Assembly: GCF_006345805.1 (NCBI RefSeq)
Contig: NC_042999.1
Span: 59,582,001 to 59,646,000 of the forward strand
Direction: 5' to 3'
DNA length: 64,000 nt
DNA from: Octopus sinensis
Lineage: Eukaryota
Shown in pieces: positions 39,680 to 53,609 of the stretch. The notes under the pieces are model-generated. The model saw nothing but the letters and a program-made list of their open reading frames with translations. It did not search any database and was not told where the DNA came from. Position numbers and translations under genes: made by a program. Within the stretch, counting starts at the first letter, position 1, and the number at the start of each line of letters is the position of its first letter.

Positions 39680-40089
39680 ATCAAAATAAGCAACAGGATA
39701 TCCAGAGGCAATGCAGTAAGATCGTTTCAAGCGACTCCATTTAATTGAACAAAGCAACCATTACATCAATTTAAATGCAGAGCAATCCTTGGTTGCATAA
39801 ATACAAAGAATTAAATTAAATTAAAATACATAGACACATAAGTATAATTTTATCTAAAACCTTCAAGAAAGTAAGCATGTTTTTGTCTATCTCCTTACCG
39901 TCTTGGAGGTTTTAAGTAAAGTTATACTAATGTGTCCTTCTGTTTTAATTTAATTTAATTACATGTATTTATGCAGCTGAGGATTGCTCTACATTTAAAT
40001 TGATGTACTGGTGGCATTTTTCAGTTAAATGGAGTCGCTTGAAACGATCGTACTACATTCCCTCAGGATATCCTGTTGCTTATTTTGAT
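39680..40089. mobile_element. Diverged inverted repeat (~190-bp arms), each arm with a hammerhead-like motif (PLE pLTR-like)
   Basis: Arms 39680-39868 and 39901-40089; the right arm reads ATGCAG CTGAGGA...GAAA CGATCG TA CTACAT. Confidence 0.75.
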
Positions 40090-41501
40090 ATATACATATA
40101 TATATATATAACATGTAAACTATGTTAGCCAAAACTTTAGTGATAATATCCGTTAATTGGAACTCTTAATTGAAATTTATTTTTCCTAATGTGGGTAGGA
40201 TTTGAATTCTGAATGCATCGAAACGGAACTGAGACGACGAAGTAACCTTTCTGGTGCTCTTACAAGCCCGACAATACTTTATTGATCGCAAAAGAATGAA
40301 AGGTAGAGTTGATCAAGGTGTAATTTGAATTGAGAACGCAGAGAATAGACACAAGTATTACAATGCACACTCACACATACCTCCCACACTCACACATGTA
40401 ATATACAGACATACATATATCCATACATACTTACACACACACATATATACACATGCAACTGAAACTGAAAGTTTATATCACTACTTGAGTTTCACGTCAT
40501 TGCGATCTTTAGGTCAGAACTGTTGCAATTCATTTCTCAAGTTGGAGGAGTATGTTTTCCTTTTTTATCTCTTCGTTAGTTTGCTTTAGGATTTTGCTGA
40601 TTGACACTTAATTTTTTGCTTCATTACTTTTTAATTTTTGTGGCTTTGTGCTAGTATGTGGAGCGTGTATTTTTTTCATTTTATAAAAAAATTATTTGGT
40701 AATTAACTTAAATCTATTTATGTCTTCCTTGACAAATTTGTTTCTGTGTATTATTTTTATGAACTTTCTTTCCGTGCAACGTGTTCGTATATATTGATGT
40801 CAAACTAGGGCAGTTCTGTAGAGGGGAGTTTAATTTTGGTCAAGATTAGGGAATTTTAGCGACTTCTTTATTTGCGAGTAGATTTATCTGCATAACTGAT
40901 TCAAGATATATATTTAATTATATAGGAGTTTCTGATAATTTATATCATCTTTACGGTTGAGTGACCTTTACTAATGTGTATAAAATTTTGTTTTTGGTCC
41001 GGAATTAATAGTTCTGTGGCGTGTGGAAATTGTTGTTTTAACTAATTAAAAAATGTCCGTTTCATTGTGTTATATGATTTAATTATAAATCTTTTCGTAT
41101 GTTTGTTTTGAGTGTGAGAGAGGGTGTGTTGTGGTCGGAATATATTTTTTTATCGTGTGTTTTTAATATCTATTTTCCAATATTTGTTTATGGCTGGGTA
41201 GTTTTTGATCTTGTGTTTCGAAATTCGTCTAAGTCTGTATGGTGAGATATTTTTATGGGTCGGAGTATTTAATTTGGCTTACTGATGTTGTTTGTTAAAC
41301 TCATCGCTCATTGCAGATTTTTTTTTAGTTTAAATCATTGGGGAGTATATGCTGCTTGAATAAGATGTCTTTAGCTTTGTTCATTCGTTTGCGAGCACGT
41401 GTGAGTGTGCGCTCTGTGGCCAAAGTTTATATTTATTTTGTATACGTTCATTTTTATGAGTATGTACGCCTCTTTTGCCAAGGCTTGTTTATACGTTCTT
41501 T

Positions 41502-41552
<51 letters not shown>

Positions 41553-42105
41553 GTGCGATGTACATATAATTTGGATCGAATGTCTCTGTTTCGATATATG
41601 TGAATGCATTTTTTCGTGTGTGTGAGAAGGAAAGTGTTTTATACTACTTGGAGTTCGAACCATTTTTTGAAGATTAATTTATTTTGGCGTCTGTAGCGTG
41701 ATATATTCGTATTTTTTTCATTAAGTAAGTTTTAATAATGTAATATTTTTCTATAGTGTGTAGAGAAGTGACTCCAGAACTATTTGTGCCTATATTTCTT
41801 TTACGTATATACTGAAAAGTGCACGGTGTTTATATGCCTTTGAACATTCCACTAGTAAAGCCAATGTAGTTTGTTTGCCGTTGGTCCAGAATATAATTTT
41901 GTTGCTTTGTAATTAACGTTTGTTCTAAAGTAGCCTCTGTGTAATGTAAAAACTCATGTTCTGATGCAGTTACATGAATTACTAGCTCTTTGTTACATTT
42001 CCATTGGTACTGTTGATGACTGTTGTATTATTTCTGCTAAAATGTTTACGATAATTATGTTCTGTTGGGAAATGTTTTTCGAACTCGTTCTCGGAGGTAT
42101 GAGCC

Positions 42106-42400
42106 AGGTATAGCCCAGCAGTTAGGGTGTTGCACTTACGATCCCGATATCGTGGTTTCAATTCCTGGACTGGGTAGTTCGTTGTGTTCTTGAGCAAAAC
42201 GCTTTATCACATGTTGCTTTGCAATTAGTTCAACACCTGATGCATGGTGCACCATGCACCTGTCCAGGTAACATCGATTTAATGGAGTAGTGAGTTAGTG
42301 TACAACACAGGCATTTGATCACTGTAAGCGAATCATTTCTGCAGGCCATTCGGTAAAAGCTGAACAGTCGTAAGTTGTCTTCGACGGGAGAGTCCATCCC
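42106..42400 (+). mobile_element. tRNA-derived CORE-like SINE (family C)
   Basis: Boxes A and B, then GTTGTGTTCTTGAGCAAAAC. Confidence 0.7.
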
Positions 42401-42464
42401 TATAAAATCAATAATAACAATAATGATAATAATAATAATAATAATAATAATGATAATAATAATA

Positions 42465-42499
<35 letters not shown>

Positions 42500-42539
42500 A
42501 ATAATAATAATAATAATAGTAATCATGATGATAATAATA

Positions 42540-42998
42540 ATGGGCTACAGCAAATATTCTGCTCAATACCACAGATTTGCTTGTCAGTTGATTGACCTTA
42601 ACCAGTTGACATGTCTCTTAATGACTGACGATATGTGCATATCTGATCAAGAGCAGAAGTAGTCGGGGAGCATCATAGCGGTGTGTTGAAAGGAATACTT
42701 GGAGGTTTGAATAATTTCCCTTTGGAAACATTGGTGGTTCGTTCAACATCCTTAAATAACCCTTATTCAGGGACCTTTTGAGCGGGATGGGTTACTCGGC
42801 CAGAAGAAAATACTAACTGGGCCCCACCTGCAAGGTCATGCGCTGTTTATCTTGATATGAGATCACCATGTCGCGGACATTTGGTTGTGATGCATGTGCC
42901 TGGTGTACCCTTATCAGACGGGTAGTCATGATGGGTATACTGGGCTTTGTATATTTTACTCCAGTGTCACTTTGAGGGCATGCACTGCACTCTCACTC
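42540..42998 (+). mobile_element. (TAA)n-embedded non-coding repeat, copy 3, left-truncated
   Basis: Homology to 23900-24360; same right end CTCTCACTC followed by (AAT)n. Confidence 0.85.
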
Positions 42999-43050
<52 letters not shown>

Positions 43051-43987
43051 TAATAATAATAATAATAATTATTATTATTATTATTATTATTATATTATTA
43101 TTATTATTATTATATTATTATTATTATTATCATTATTATTATTATTATTATCATTATTCTTATTACTTTCTAGATTTTAATTGGTTATTCGGATTACCTG
43201 TTTCATATGCACGAATGGATAATGCATTAGCATCGTGCTAAATCCGTCATCGCCACGTACCGTACGCCTGCAGCGCATGAATGACGCTTCAACGAAATAG
43301 GAGTTCTGTTAAATTCGCATCTGCAGGCGTTCTTTGACATTTGTTCATAAGTAATGAACGAAGGTTACATATGATGCAATGAGCAGCTTTTTATATTTCT
43401 ATTCATGTATTGATAAAGCGCTAAATTTGACAGCAATAGTTTTAGTAATGAATTCCCATACGTAGATAGCAAATAAATAATTTTGATAAGGATCTCAATA
43501 ATGAAAAATAGTACCACTATAACGAGCCTCTAACATCGTCTGTTATCACACTGGCTGATTTTGCGATGAAAATTAAATAGTAGATGGATCTCCGTCGATT
43601 TTGACTGTGAATAAATACTTGCTCTTTCAATAGAATCTAGCCGTTCATTGCATTAGTGTGAAAATGGTTGAATATTCGACAGACATTTGTAAACTTGACG
43701 TAATTATTAGACGGAATCAGAATGAATAATGTGGCTAGGCCCAATCTTTAAATTACAGACGCAATTAAACCTCCGATGGGATCGCACACATTTTCAATGA
43801 TCCAGTTTCATTCACAAGCCTTGGGTTGCCCCAAATTTTGTGAACGAATAAAATATCATTATATGTTGTAAAGTACAAAGGTATTTTCAAAAAGAATAAA
43901 CGAGGAAGATTAATGATATTGGTTTCTTGTTCTGCTTCAGGGCTATTCTTTAAGGTAGAGGGGCAGCGACAACAGTAGCAGCAGCAA

Positions 43988-44018
<31 letters not shown>

Positions 44019-44019
44019 T

Positions 44020-44063
<44 letters not shown>

Positions 44064-44229
44064 TAGAAAGGAGGAGGCGGATACTGCATGATACGTGCAT
44101 AAATTTTGGACTTCCTGATCTGTGGAATTATTCAATATTCCTATAAAGCACATGAGATGTGAATAGAATTATAACAAAATTGAACGATGGAAAGCCGTCT
44201 AACTTGAACCAAAAGCAGTTGCATTAGCT

Positions 44230-44890
44230 TTCGTTATGATGGCTATGTTCTTTTGCAACCCAAGATCTAGAAACAACAGCGGTTATATATGCTGCTCAAG
44301 AGAGAATAAAGATGTTAATAAAATGCCTAGATTTGACAACCGATGCAGACTCTGTAGAATTAAAACCGCAGATATAACCCACATCATAAGCAGCTGTCAG
44401 GAAAATGTCAACATAATGCTATTTACCTATGAGGCATGATGTATTAGCTAAAACACAACAAAATGTCATTCGTAGTAAGAATAGAACTGAGGATAAAAAT
44501 ATAAGAATTTACAGTGATATGGATAGCATAGTCATTCATAATATGAAGGAATACTGGCGGAATGTTCAGGTCAAAGCTTCTGTGAAACGTAAGCATAACA
44601 GCACAGACTTTAAGATATGGAACGAAGATAAGTGAGTATAGGGGTAAAAGTCAGCTGTTCAGGCGATATTGATATAATGTTAAAAGTAAAGCAACAGCAA
44701 ACATATATAGGGAATTAGCAAAAATCTACAAATACTGCATACTATAAATGCTATGATTCTAACTTAAGATTTTAAGTGTGATTATTAGAGCTAGGGGTTA
44801 TGTAAGTAACAATCTTAGGACCAATCATGAAAAACCAAGGCTTCACAAAAATAGAAATTATTGAGAAAAAGGGCAAAACATTCTAGAAGT
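44230..44890 (+). pseudogene. Dong/R4-like (RLE-type) LINE C-terminal fragment
   Basis: CRLCRIKTADITHIISSC (CCHC), RHD, YW.N and KHNSTDFKIW (degenerate HNRPD) are hallmarks of restriction-like-endonuclease LINEs. Confidence 0.75.
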
Positions 44891-45240
44891 TTTTGCCTAA
44901 AGTAAGTACAAATGTACACGTATAGTCTTGTAAACATTGTTCATATCTATGTAAACATAGATTTGCACAATGGCAAAGATACATACACATACACTCACAC
45001 ACACATTGATGCACACGCACATCCCTCCATATATACTTACTCCCCAACACCCATTTATATATAGATACGTATATACATATTATATAGGCATAGATGTTGA
45101 TGTCTCGTTAAAAAGCTTCACACTCACACTTAACTTCCAGTCTCACATTGCAGCACTTCGGGAAAGTATTTTCTACTGTTGCTCACGGGCTAACTAATAC
45201 ATAAGGAGTTGGTAGATGGATACTGTATGGAAGCTCGTCG

Positions 45241-45341
<101 letters not shown>

Positions 45342-45920
45342 TAAGAAAATGGAGAGGATATAAAATCGACAAACATCAGCTAGGCTAGTAAACATCAGCC
45401 AATAAATACGCAAACAGATATATATATATATATATATATATAGGAATAAAAATTATATATAAAGAAACAAGAACGTGAAATACACAAAGGGACGAACACA
45501 GAAAACAGACGGGTCATTCGAAGCCTTTAATCTTCAGTCAGAAACCGGATCATCATAGCAAATTTCGGCTGTTTAATTCTGATATTTGCTCCAACGCGGC
45601 CAGCCCCAAAGAAAACTAAGCTGTGAGCATTAGATTTTTGGGAAAAAGGAACGAATGTAAACGCAACAGGGACGAATATAAATACAAAAAAAAACGAAAC
45701 AAAAATAAAATTAAAAACAAGAATGATTAATAACAGGATAACAGCAGGTGTCTTACGACTTTAGACAAAATGAGACAAATATAACTTATTTAGCAGGCGT
45801 GTTTGGAAAAATAATTGCCTTTTCGGCAGAGGGGGAACGATGTTGAGCGGGCTGCGGTCACCAACGAAATGGCTTGTTAAGCAGCAGGTCACAAGAGGGT
45901 AGAGAGAGAGAAAGAGAGAC

Positions 45921-45984
<64 letters not shown>

Positions 45985-46221
45985 GTTTACGTATTTATTG
46001 GCTGATTTCATTCGTTTACTTGCACCACTTAAACGCATGTTTGCTATCATTTAATAAATAGATGTAGTGGAATGTTTGTCGATTTTATATCCTCTTCATT
46101 TTATTATTTGCCTCATATATATATTGGATTATCCACCATAGATACATGCACTTATACATACATACATACCAATATACAAACAAAAATGTGAATTATGAAT
46201 GCTTCTCTTATACATGTTGTG

Positions 46222-46900
46222 TTATTCCAGTGTCCTCCATGCTTTGCGGGTTGATATGTCATTTTCTTTGCATATGCAATCACTCCAAGTTAAGTGAGGA
46301 TTTCGACTTTCTGTAAAGGTGTGTCTCTGAATGAGTTTCTGATTAAAGTTTCTGTATTCAGTCACCCCAGCATTCACATAACAACTGAGCCCAGAAGCTG
46401 CCTCATCTAATGCATGCAGTAGTTTTCCAGCATTTCTCATCTTGTCAGCAAATAGCGGCAAGGTCGTCTGCATAGACAGCATCAGTGATCTTCTTGAATG
46501 GATACTTCCAGCTTCTAGTTTTCAGTAGAATAAAAATCAATGTTACCGTGAAGATTAACAGATGTATGTAAAACACAGTTCACTGTATGTCCTGATGAAA
46601 AGGGAATTTTTCAGAGCCATAGTAGAGTCAATTCTTTTTTATGGTTCATCAGTGTGGACTCTCATAAGAAAAAGATCGAAATCAAACTTGATGGTACCTA
46701 CACACATATAATGGGAGCAGTTCTCAACAAATCCTGGAAATAACATCCTACGAAAGAAAAATTTCATGGAAATATCCCAAACGTATCATCAATTATTCGA
46801 GAACCAAGGGCAAGATATACCGGTCACTGTTATCGAGGCAAGGATAAGTTATGGTGTGATCTCCTTTTTATGAATCCCGAGTCATGAAAATTCTCTTTTT
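46222..46900. mobile_element. RTE-clade LINE with inverted 5' segment
   Basis: Minus 46560-46222 has ITDAVYADDL..A..LLHALDEAA..L..YVNA..TEY..KAW; plus 46590-46900 has FFRAIVESILFYGSSVWTL..LDGTYT..LNKSWK*HPTK..GHCYR. Confidence 0.75.
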
Positions 46901-47661
46901 GGACTACACAGAATAACGTGATATTCAGTTACAAATAGAAAACATCTAAAATGTCAAAGAAAACAGGAACAATTGAAAAGAAAGAACGGATTGGGTCTCG
47001 GCAACATGCCCGAAACGATAGATAGAAGGTAAGTTTTGTTCAATATATAATTTTACAACTGGCTAATATTAGGTAATGTTGCATACTGTAATAATTTATT
47101 TAATTTCAAATTTCTTGAGAACTGAATACAAATGAAATGAATACTAATTTTCAAAACGAAAATATTGATTACGTTAAAATTAATTTGAATAAAACTAATT
47201 TAGGTATATGCAATATGTTATCAATAACAATAATATTGTTTAATTATTAACAAGTTTATAAAGGTAACCTTATCTGATTATATCAAAAGTGGCAAAGGTA
47301 TGTTCTCAACATTACTTGTCATGTTACAGGTAACGTTCTCTATTATGTATTAAATAAGGGAAATAAATCCAGTAAGATCAAATTTATCTGCCTATAGTAG
47401 ATGGACAAAGAATGAGGGGTGTAGACACAATGCTGTTCCTATTACTAGAGTGTGCTCAGAGCTGCAGATTAGCAGAATTGGTAAGTTGTTGAATGAAAAC
47501 GCTTTAGGAAATTTAGTTAGGGTCAGTTATAGTAGGAGTTCAAATGCCGACTAGGTCAACTTTGCCACGCATCATTTTGGGCCCCATAAAATAAAACCAG
47601 TCAAAGACTACAGTCGATTAATCAACTAGCCACCCTCCACAAATTCCTGTCTTTGAATATT

Positions 47662-48056
47662 CTTTTCTACACTAGTCACAAGGCCTGAAATTTTGGGGAG
47701 GAGGCCAGTCGATTGATCGATCCCAGTATGCAACTGGTACTTAATTTATTGACCCCAAAAGGATGAAAGGCAAAGTCGACCTCGGCGGAATTTGAACTCA
47801 GAACGTAGCGGCAGACGAAATACCTATTTCTTTACTACCCACAAGGGGCTAAACACAGAGGGGACAAACAACGACAGACAAACGGATTAAGTCGATTACT
47901 TCGACCCCAGTGTGTAACTGGTATTTAATTTATCGACCCCGAAAGGATGAAAGCCAAAGTCGACCTCACCGGACTTTGGACGCAGAACGTAACAGCAGAC
48001 GAAATACGGCTACGCATTTCGCCCGGCGTGCTAACATTTCTGCCAGCTCGCCACCT
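47662..48056 (-). mobile_element. Dimeric SINE family B
   Basis: Two units sharing one head. Confidence 0.88.
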
Positions 48057-48315
48057 TAATTATTATACTTATGTTATGGCCACGAATGCGTCGTTAGAGT
48101 GCTGGACGAAATACCTATTTAGTTACATTTTTCTGCTTTCAAATACAACTGAGGTTTACATAAGTTTCTTCTTTTTTTTGTCTTCAGTCTTTTCTTGGGC
48201 GATTAAATAAGGACCAGACGTGTGTATTGTCCATAGATTCGTTTATACCCCAACTCGTGAAAATAACTACGTGCGGTGGTCTTGTGTTTACGTTTGTTAT
48301 TTTATATCATAAAAG

Positions 48316-48712
48316 TCAGCGAAATGACAGAACCGTTAGCACGTCGAGCAAAAAGCTTAGCGGTATTTCGTCTGCCGTTACGTTCTGAGTTCAAATTCCG
48401 TCGAGGTCAACTTTGCCTTTCATCCTTTCGGGGTCGATAAATTAAGTACCAGTTACACACAGGGGTCGATGTAATCGACTTAATCCGTTTGTCTGTCCTT
48501 GTTTGTCCTCTCTGTGTTTAACCCCTTGTGGGTAGTAAAGAAATAGGCATCTCGTCCGTCTTTACTTTCTAAGTTCAAATTCCACTCCGGTCGACTTTGC
48601 CTTTCATCTCTTCGGGATCGATAAATTAAGTACCAGTGATACACTGAGGTCGATGTAATCGACTAGTCCCCTCCCCCAAATTTCAGAACTTGTGCCTTTA
48701 GGAGAAAGGATT
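48316..48712 (+). mobile_element. Dimeric SINE family B
   Basis: Two units; inverted relative to 47662-48056. Confidence 0.88.
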
Positions 48713-50467
48713 ATTTTATTTCATACGTATTTATTACATTATTCTACATACGCATTACATTAGACAATGTCTGTGATTTCTCTCTCGGTCATAAAGAATG
48801 AGATATAAACAACGAAATAAAAATACAAACGAGAATCGAACTCATGTTTCCCTGCTTAAGCCGAAATGTCCAATTTTCTTCAGCCATTCTTTTCATGCTA
48901 CCCACTTTTATATTACGATCTCAATGGTAATACTGATTTACTCACCAACAAAGATATAGACTTTTCGACGTATCATATTACAGTGTTACATTGTATTGAA
49001 AACAGGCAATGGACTTAGGTCAGTTAGCCTGACCTCATTTCAATTCATCCATCTCATGATCTCATCAGAATTCAGATTCCTTTCTAATTAGCTGAAGTAA
49101 TTACAAACAAATATTTTAGCGAAATTTTAATTAGAAATATTTATTAATTACATTTAGAGGACCAGACAAATAGAAGAGAGAATGTATATATATATATATC
49201 AAATCGTCTTAAATGTAATTATGGAAAGGAAAGCTAGACTCTGCAATTGTGTAATACCTCATCATCTATAAATAATCAGATATGTTAAGAAAAGAATAAT
49301 GAGTAGTTATGCATTTAACTGCCTAACGGCAATATGGCCTGCCTCGCTTTATATAATTGGCAACACGAAACCTCTCTCTAATTGCATAAAAATATTTGGT
49401 AAATAGTTTCGATATGGCGAGAGTCATATGATGAGCAAAATAATAATGAATATTTCGCTTGAAAATATCGATGGTTCGATTTCTGAAACTAGCATTGTAG
49501 TTGGCAGAGACTAAGACGTTTCTCTGCCAAAAGTTCGGAGAAACTCACAGAAAGTTTTGTCGTGATATCTTAGTCTCGGGAGGTAGAACAATAGCCATGG
49601 CTGTTTGGAGGGCATTCGTAACTGGTGAGAAAAAGTTATTCTCAGCTCAGAGATATCGTAAGTCACATTGCTTGTAACAATAGATTATCCTAAGACCAAC
49701 CAAGGATCAGATCTACAGCCTTTCTAGATTTTTTTTTCTTTTCTACTATAGGCACAAAGCGAGAAATTTTGTGGGAGGGTGCTAGTCGATTACATCGACC
49801 CGAGTACTCAATTGCCATTTTATTTTACCGATCCGAGTGGGGTGAAAGGCAGCGTCAACCTCGCAGGGATTTCAACACACAATGTAAAGTCGGAAGAAAT
49901 AGCATTAAGTATTTTGTGCGGACAAAATACTTTGAGGTATTTCTGTCAGCTAGCCAACTATATAACCCCTCACATTAAAAATGAATAATCATTGCCCCGC
50001 AATGCCGAATTCAGCTTCAATCTTTGGGTGGATCCGAAGAAGTGCTGGGTTGTACTGCTTTTATATAGAAGTGTTCACTATTAGTTTCATTTCTAATCCA
50101 AGTTTACCCTGATCGACTAACCCCTCTCTCACCCCAAATTTCAAATCTTGTGTATGTCGTAGAAATGTTATTACTAGAAATTCTAAAAGCAGTGAGGTGG
50201 TGAAATTGTTAGCGCGTTGACTCCGACGTTTTTTCAACTCATAGTGCAGAGTGGATGGTGGAATGGCTACACCATAGTATCTACTCGGCAATTTAACGAC
50301 TTGCTTTATATATTTAATATTTCAAAATATGAAAGATATATCATGATGTTCTACGAGCAAAACACCCCCCGTCTAATGGACAGTGCTGAGTTGTGAAACA
50401 TTTAAACCAAATTTTCTCAAAACAACTTGTCCGACCGTCCCATAAGCCTCCCCTTTGAGAAACACTG

Positions 50468-50874
50468 AGGGGACAAACAAGGACAGACAAAGGGATTAAG
50501 TCGATTATATCGACCCCAGTGCCTAACTGGTACTATATTTAATCGACCCCGAAAGCATGAAAGGCAAAGTCGACCTCGGCGGAATTTGAACTCAGAACGT
50601 AGCGGCAGACGAAATACCTATTTCTTTACTACCCACAAGGGGTTAAACATAGAAGGGACAAACAAGGACAGACAAAGGGATTAAGTCGATTACATCGACC
50701 CCAGTGCGTAACTGGTACTTTTTTTAATCGACCCCGACCGGATGAAAGGCAAGCCGACCTCGGCAGAATTTGAACTCAGAACGTAACGGCAGACGAAATA
50801 CCGCTATGCATTTCGTCCGGTGTGCTAATGTTACTGTCAGCTCGGCGTGCTAACGATTGTACCAGCTCACCGCC
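50468..50874 (-). mobile_element. Multimeric SINE family B
   Basis: Two or more units of the same ~185-bp repeat. Confidence 0.88.
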
Positions 50875-51862
50875 TAATTACAAAATAACTTTGAGTTGGA
50901 ACAAATTTCAGTGTATCATTACTCAATGTCTTATAGTGTTTCGTTTGTTTGATCGCTCTAGGTTTTCAGTGCAAATTACACCGAAAAGGGTCGCTTATTG
51001 TGGCACCCTATTAGAATCCATTTTTTATATTCTAAATTAATATTCTTCTTTTTTTCTTTCCATCGCTACAATCTACCATTTGCTTAACTTCGCTATTTAC
51101 CCTTCATAATTGTGTAATTGATGAAATACGCAGTCTTTTACCGCAGCTCTCTCAATTGACCTGTAATTTTCAGTGAGTTGAACTTGTGTCTGAGTAATAT
51201 TATTAGTTTAGAAAATATCGAACGCATACAATTGCAATCACTTCCATTACACTTTAGGTTGAGCAACAATACATAAAAACAAAACAAAGTTATAATACTT
51301 TTCTAATATATCTTCGCTGATACAGAAAACAGCTGGCCAATTATCATTATTGAAAAGGAAGAACGGAATAACAAATAATATATACATATATATAAAGAAA
51401 CGAAAGTGCACAATATATGACCGACCGAGAGTAATAAATGTGAATTTGTTGGAGGTGAATAATGTCGTATATTTATCTTTTAGACATCGCGTTCCTGACT
51501 AGTCAAGTCAGCATTATTTATATTACGCTTGCTGTTAGTTGCGTCAAAATTGGCTTCGTCAGAAAACGTAACATTTAAAGGTTGTAAGTTATCTCGTAAT
51601 ATTAAATATAAATGTTGAGAGACTGTTCGTTTCCTTAATCAAAAAATTGAATCTGCTGTATTTGTGCTGTAAAATATCATATTATGTCTTCGAATACTTA
51701 CTATGTTTCTGAAAGATAATGTTTATATATATATATATATATAAACTTACTTGGAAGAAGATGCGTGGCGTTCAGTCATATAATAATATAATATATATAT
51801 ATATATATATATATGCATATATACACACGTATATATATATATATATATACTTACATGTATAC

Positions 51863-51925
<63 letters not shown>

Positions 51926-52829
51926 CATATGTGGGCACAGGACGTCATGTAACGTGTACAACAAAAAAGTACGTAGCACGAGTACACTGAACATGAACTA
52001 TTCTTTTCAACAACGAAAGACATAAATGGAAAACAAAACAAACAACATAAAGAATGACCCTTCATCAGTTGTTGGTTGAATTTCTACTCTCATATTTCGA
52101 GCATTTAGCAACAACATACGCTTTCGACAAAACAGTTGCTCCCGCAAAGGAAATTAATTAAAATTTGGGAATTGGCGGAGGGTCAAAACAAACAGGACAG
52201 TGAAATCAAACAGGAAGGGCTGCCAAGCCTGAGCCAGGTTGTAGTGGCGAACGCGTGAATCAAGCTAGGACAGGAGACAAACAAGAACACGTCTTCCTTG
52301 TTCCATCTACAATGGACAGAAAGAACGAAAGATGACCGATGGTCTCGTGGGAACCACGTGAGCAAGGGAGTAGGAGTGAGGGAAAGAGAGGGACAGAGTA
52401 ATAGGATAGAATAGCGGGAGAAGAGGATGTCGGCACCAGCATTACCAACAGCTTCCCTAAGGTCCACGGTAGGAGACCTAACAACTCCTGTAGCAGCAGC
52501 CAAGGTCCAGTGTCACCGCCAGCTACAATGGCATTCACAGCACCAGCAGCGATAGCGGCCCTAGCAGAGACACCAGTGGAACCACAGCTAATGTCACTGC
52601 TAGCAGTAATGGCAACTCTCCAACCAATGCCGAGGACCATAATAACAACAACGCCTTCACCATAAACGACATTGGCGATACCATTACCGACGCTACCATC
52701 AGCTCCAACGACGCCAACACCAGCAGTCCCGATTCCCACAACAAGAATTTCGTCGGTAACAGCAGCAACAACAACAATACCAGAAGGTACAGCACCGACA
52801 ACACACGCCCACGGAGATACATTGGATGT

Positions 52830-53171
52830 TTCGGGGACTCGTTCATGCAACATCATTCCAACCACAGGTCCTCCTTCAGAATTCCGGAAAGGACACGCGT
52901 AACATCACTGGCCAGACACGTCTGGTTACTAAGAGATGATGGGATCCAATACTTGATCTCATGGAAAATCCTCGGGAACTCAGGCCCCTACATCAACGAG
53001 ACGAAGCGTTGCAAGTTATGCATAGCTGAACGCTTGAGAATCCTAAAAGATTCACTCGAACCAAGAACACACTTGACTCCAGAAAAGATATTTTCGGGCC
53101 ATGTTTTCATTTCAAGAGGTTCCCTGTTAGTCATTTGGAGCCCGCAAAATTGCTTCACAGCCGGACATTAA
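52830..53171 (+). pseudogene. PLE GIY-YIG endonuclease C-terminal fragment
   Basis: TSLARHVWLLRDDGIQYLISWKILG..PY..TKRCKLCIAER aligns to TQLSNHIWSLRDKG..WKILA..PY..RCGLCDMER at 57223. Confidence 0.8.
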
Positions 53172-53243
53172 TAGCCAATGGCAAAGTGATATAATCCACA
53201 AATGTTACTTTTGAGTAGAGAGGCATTTCCCTCTCCATATTTT

Positions 53244-53459
53244 TCTTTTCTACTCTATGTACACGGCCCGAAATTTTGGGGGAGGAAACTAGTCGACTAG
53301 ATCGACCACCTTAATGTATTGACCCCGTTAATGTTTCGACCCCGAAAGGATGAAAGGCAAAGTCGATCTCAACGGCATTTGAACTCAGAACGTAACGGCA
53401 GACGAAATGCCGTTAAGCATTTCGCCAGGCATGCTAACGTTTCTGCCAGCTCGCCGCCT
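53244..53459 (-). mobile_element. SINE family B monomer
   Basis: Consensus match. Confidence 0.85.
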
Positions 53460-53609
53460 TCCCCCTCTATATTTTTAAGAGGTCATGGGCCAACAGGTTT
53501 TGGGGATCTGAAGATATTCCATAAAGCTAAACCCTTTATGGACAAGAATCCTAAAGGTGCGAAGGATATTTGAAGAAAAATTTATGTTTATAAAAAACAG
53601 ATGCGTAAC

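Noticed and set aside
52260-52865. 201-aa hydrophobic minus-strand ORF as a membrane-protein gene
   Set aside because: Antisense of an A/C-rich low-complexity stretch adjoining a PLE fragment; no motif support.
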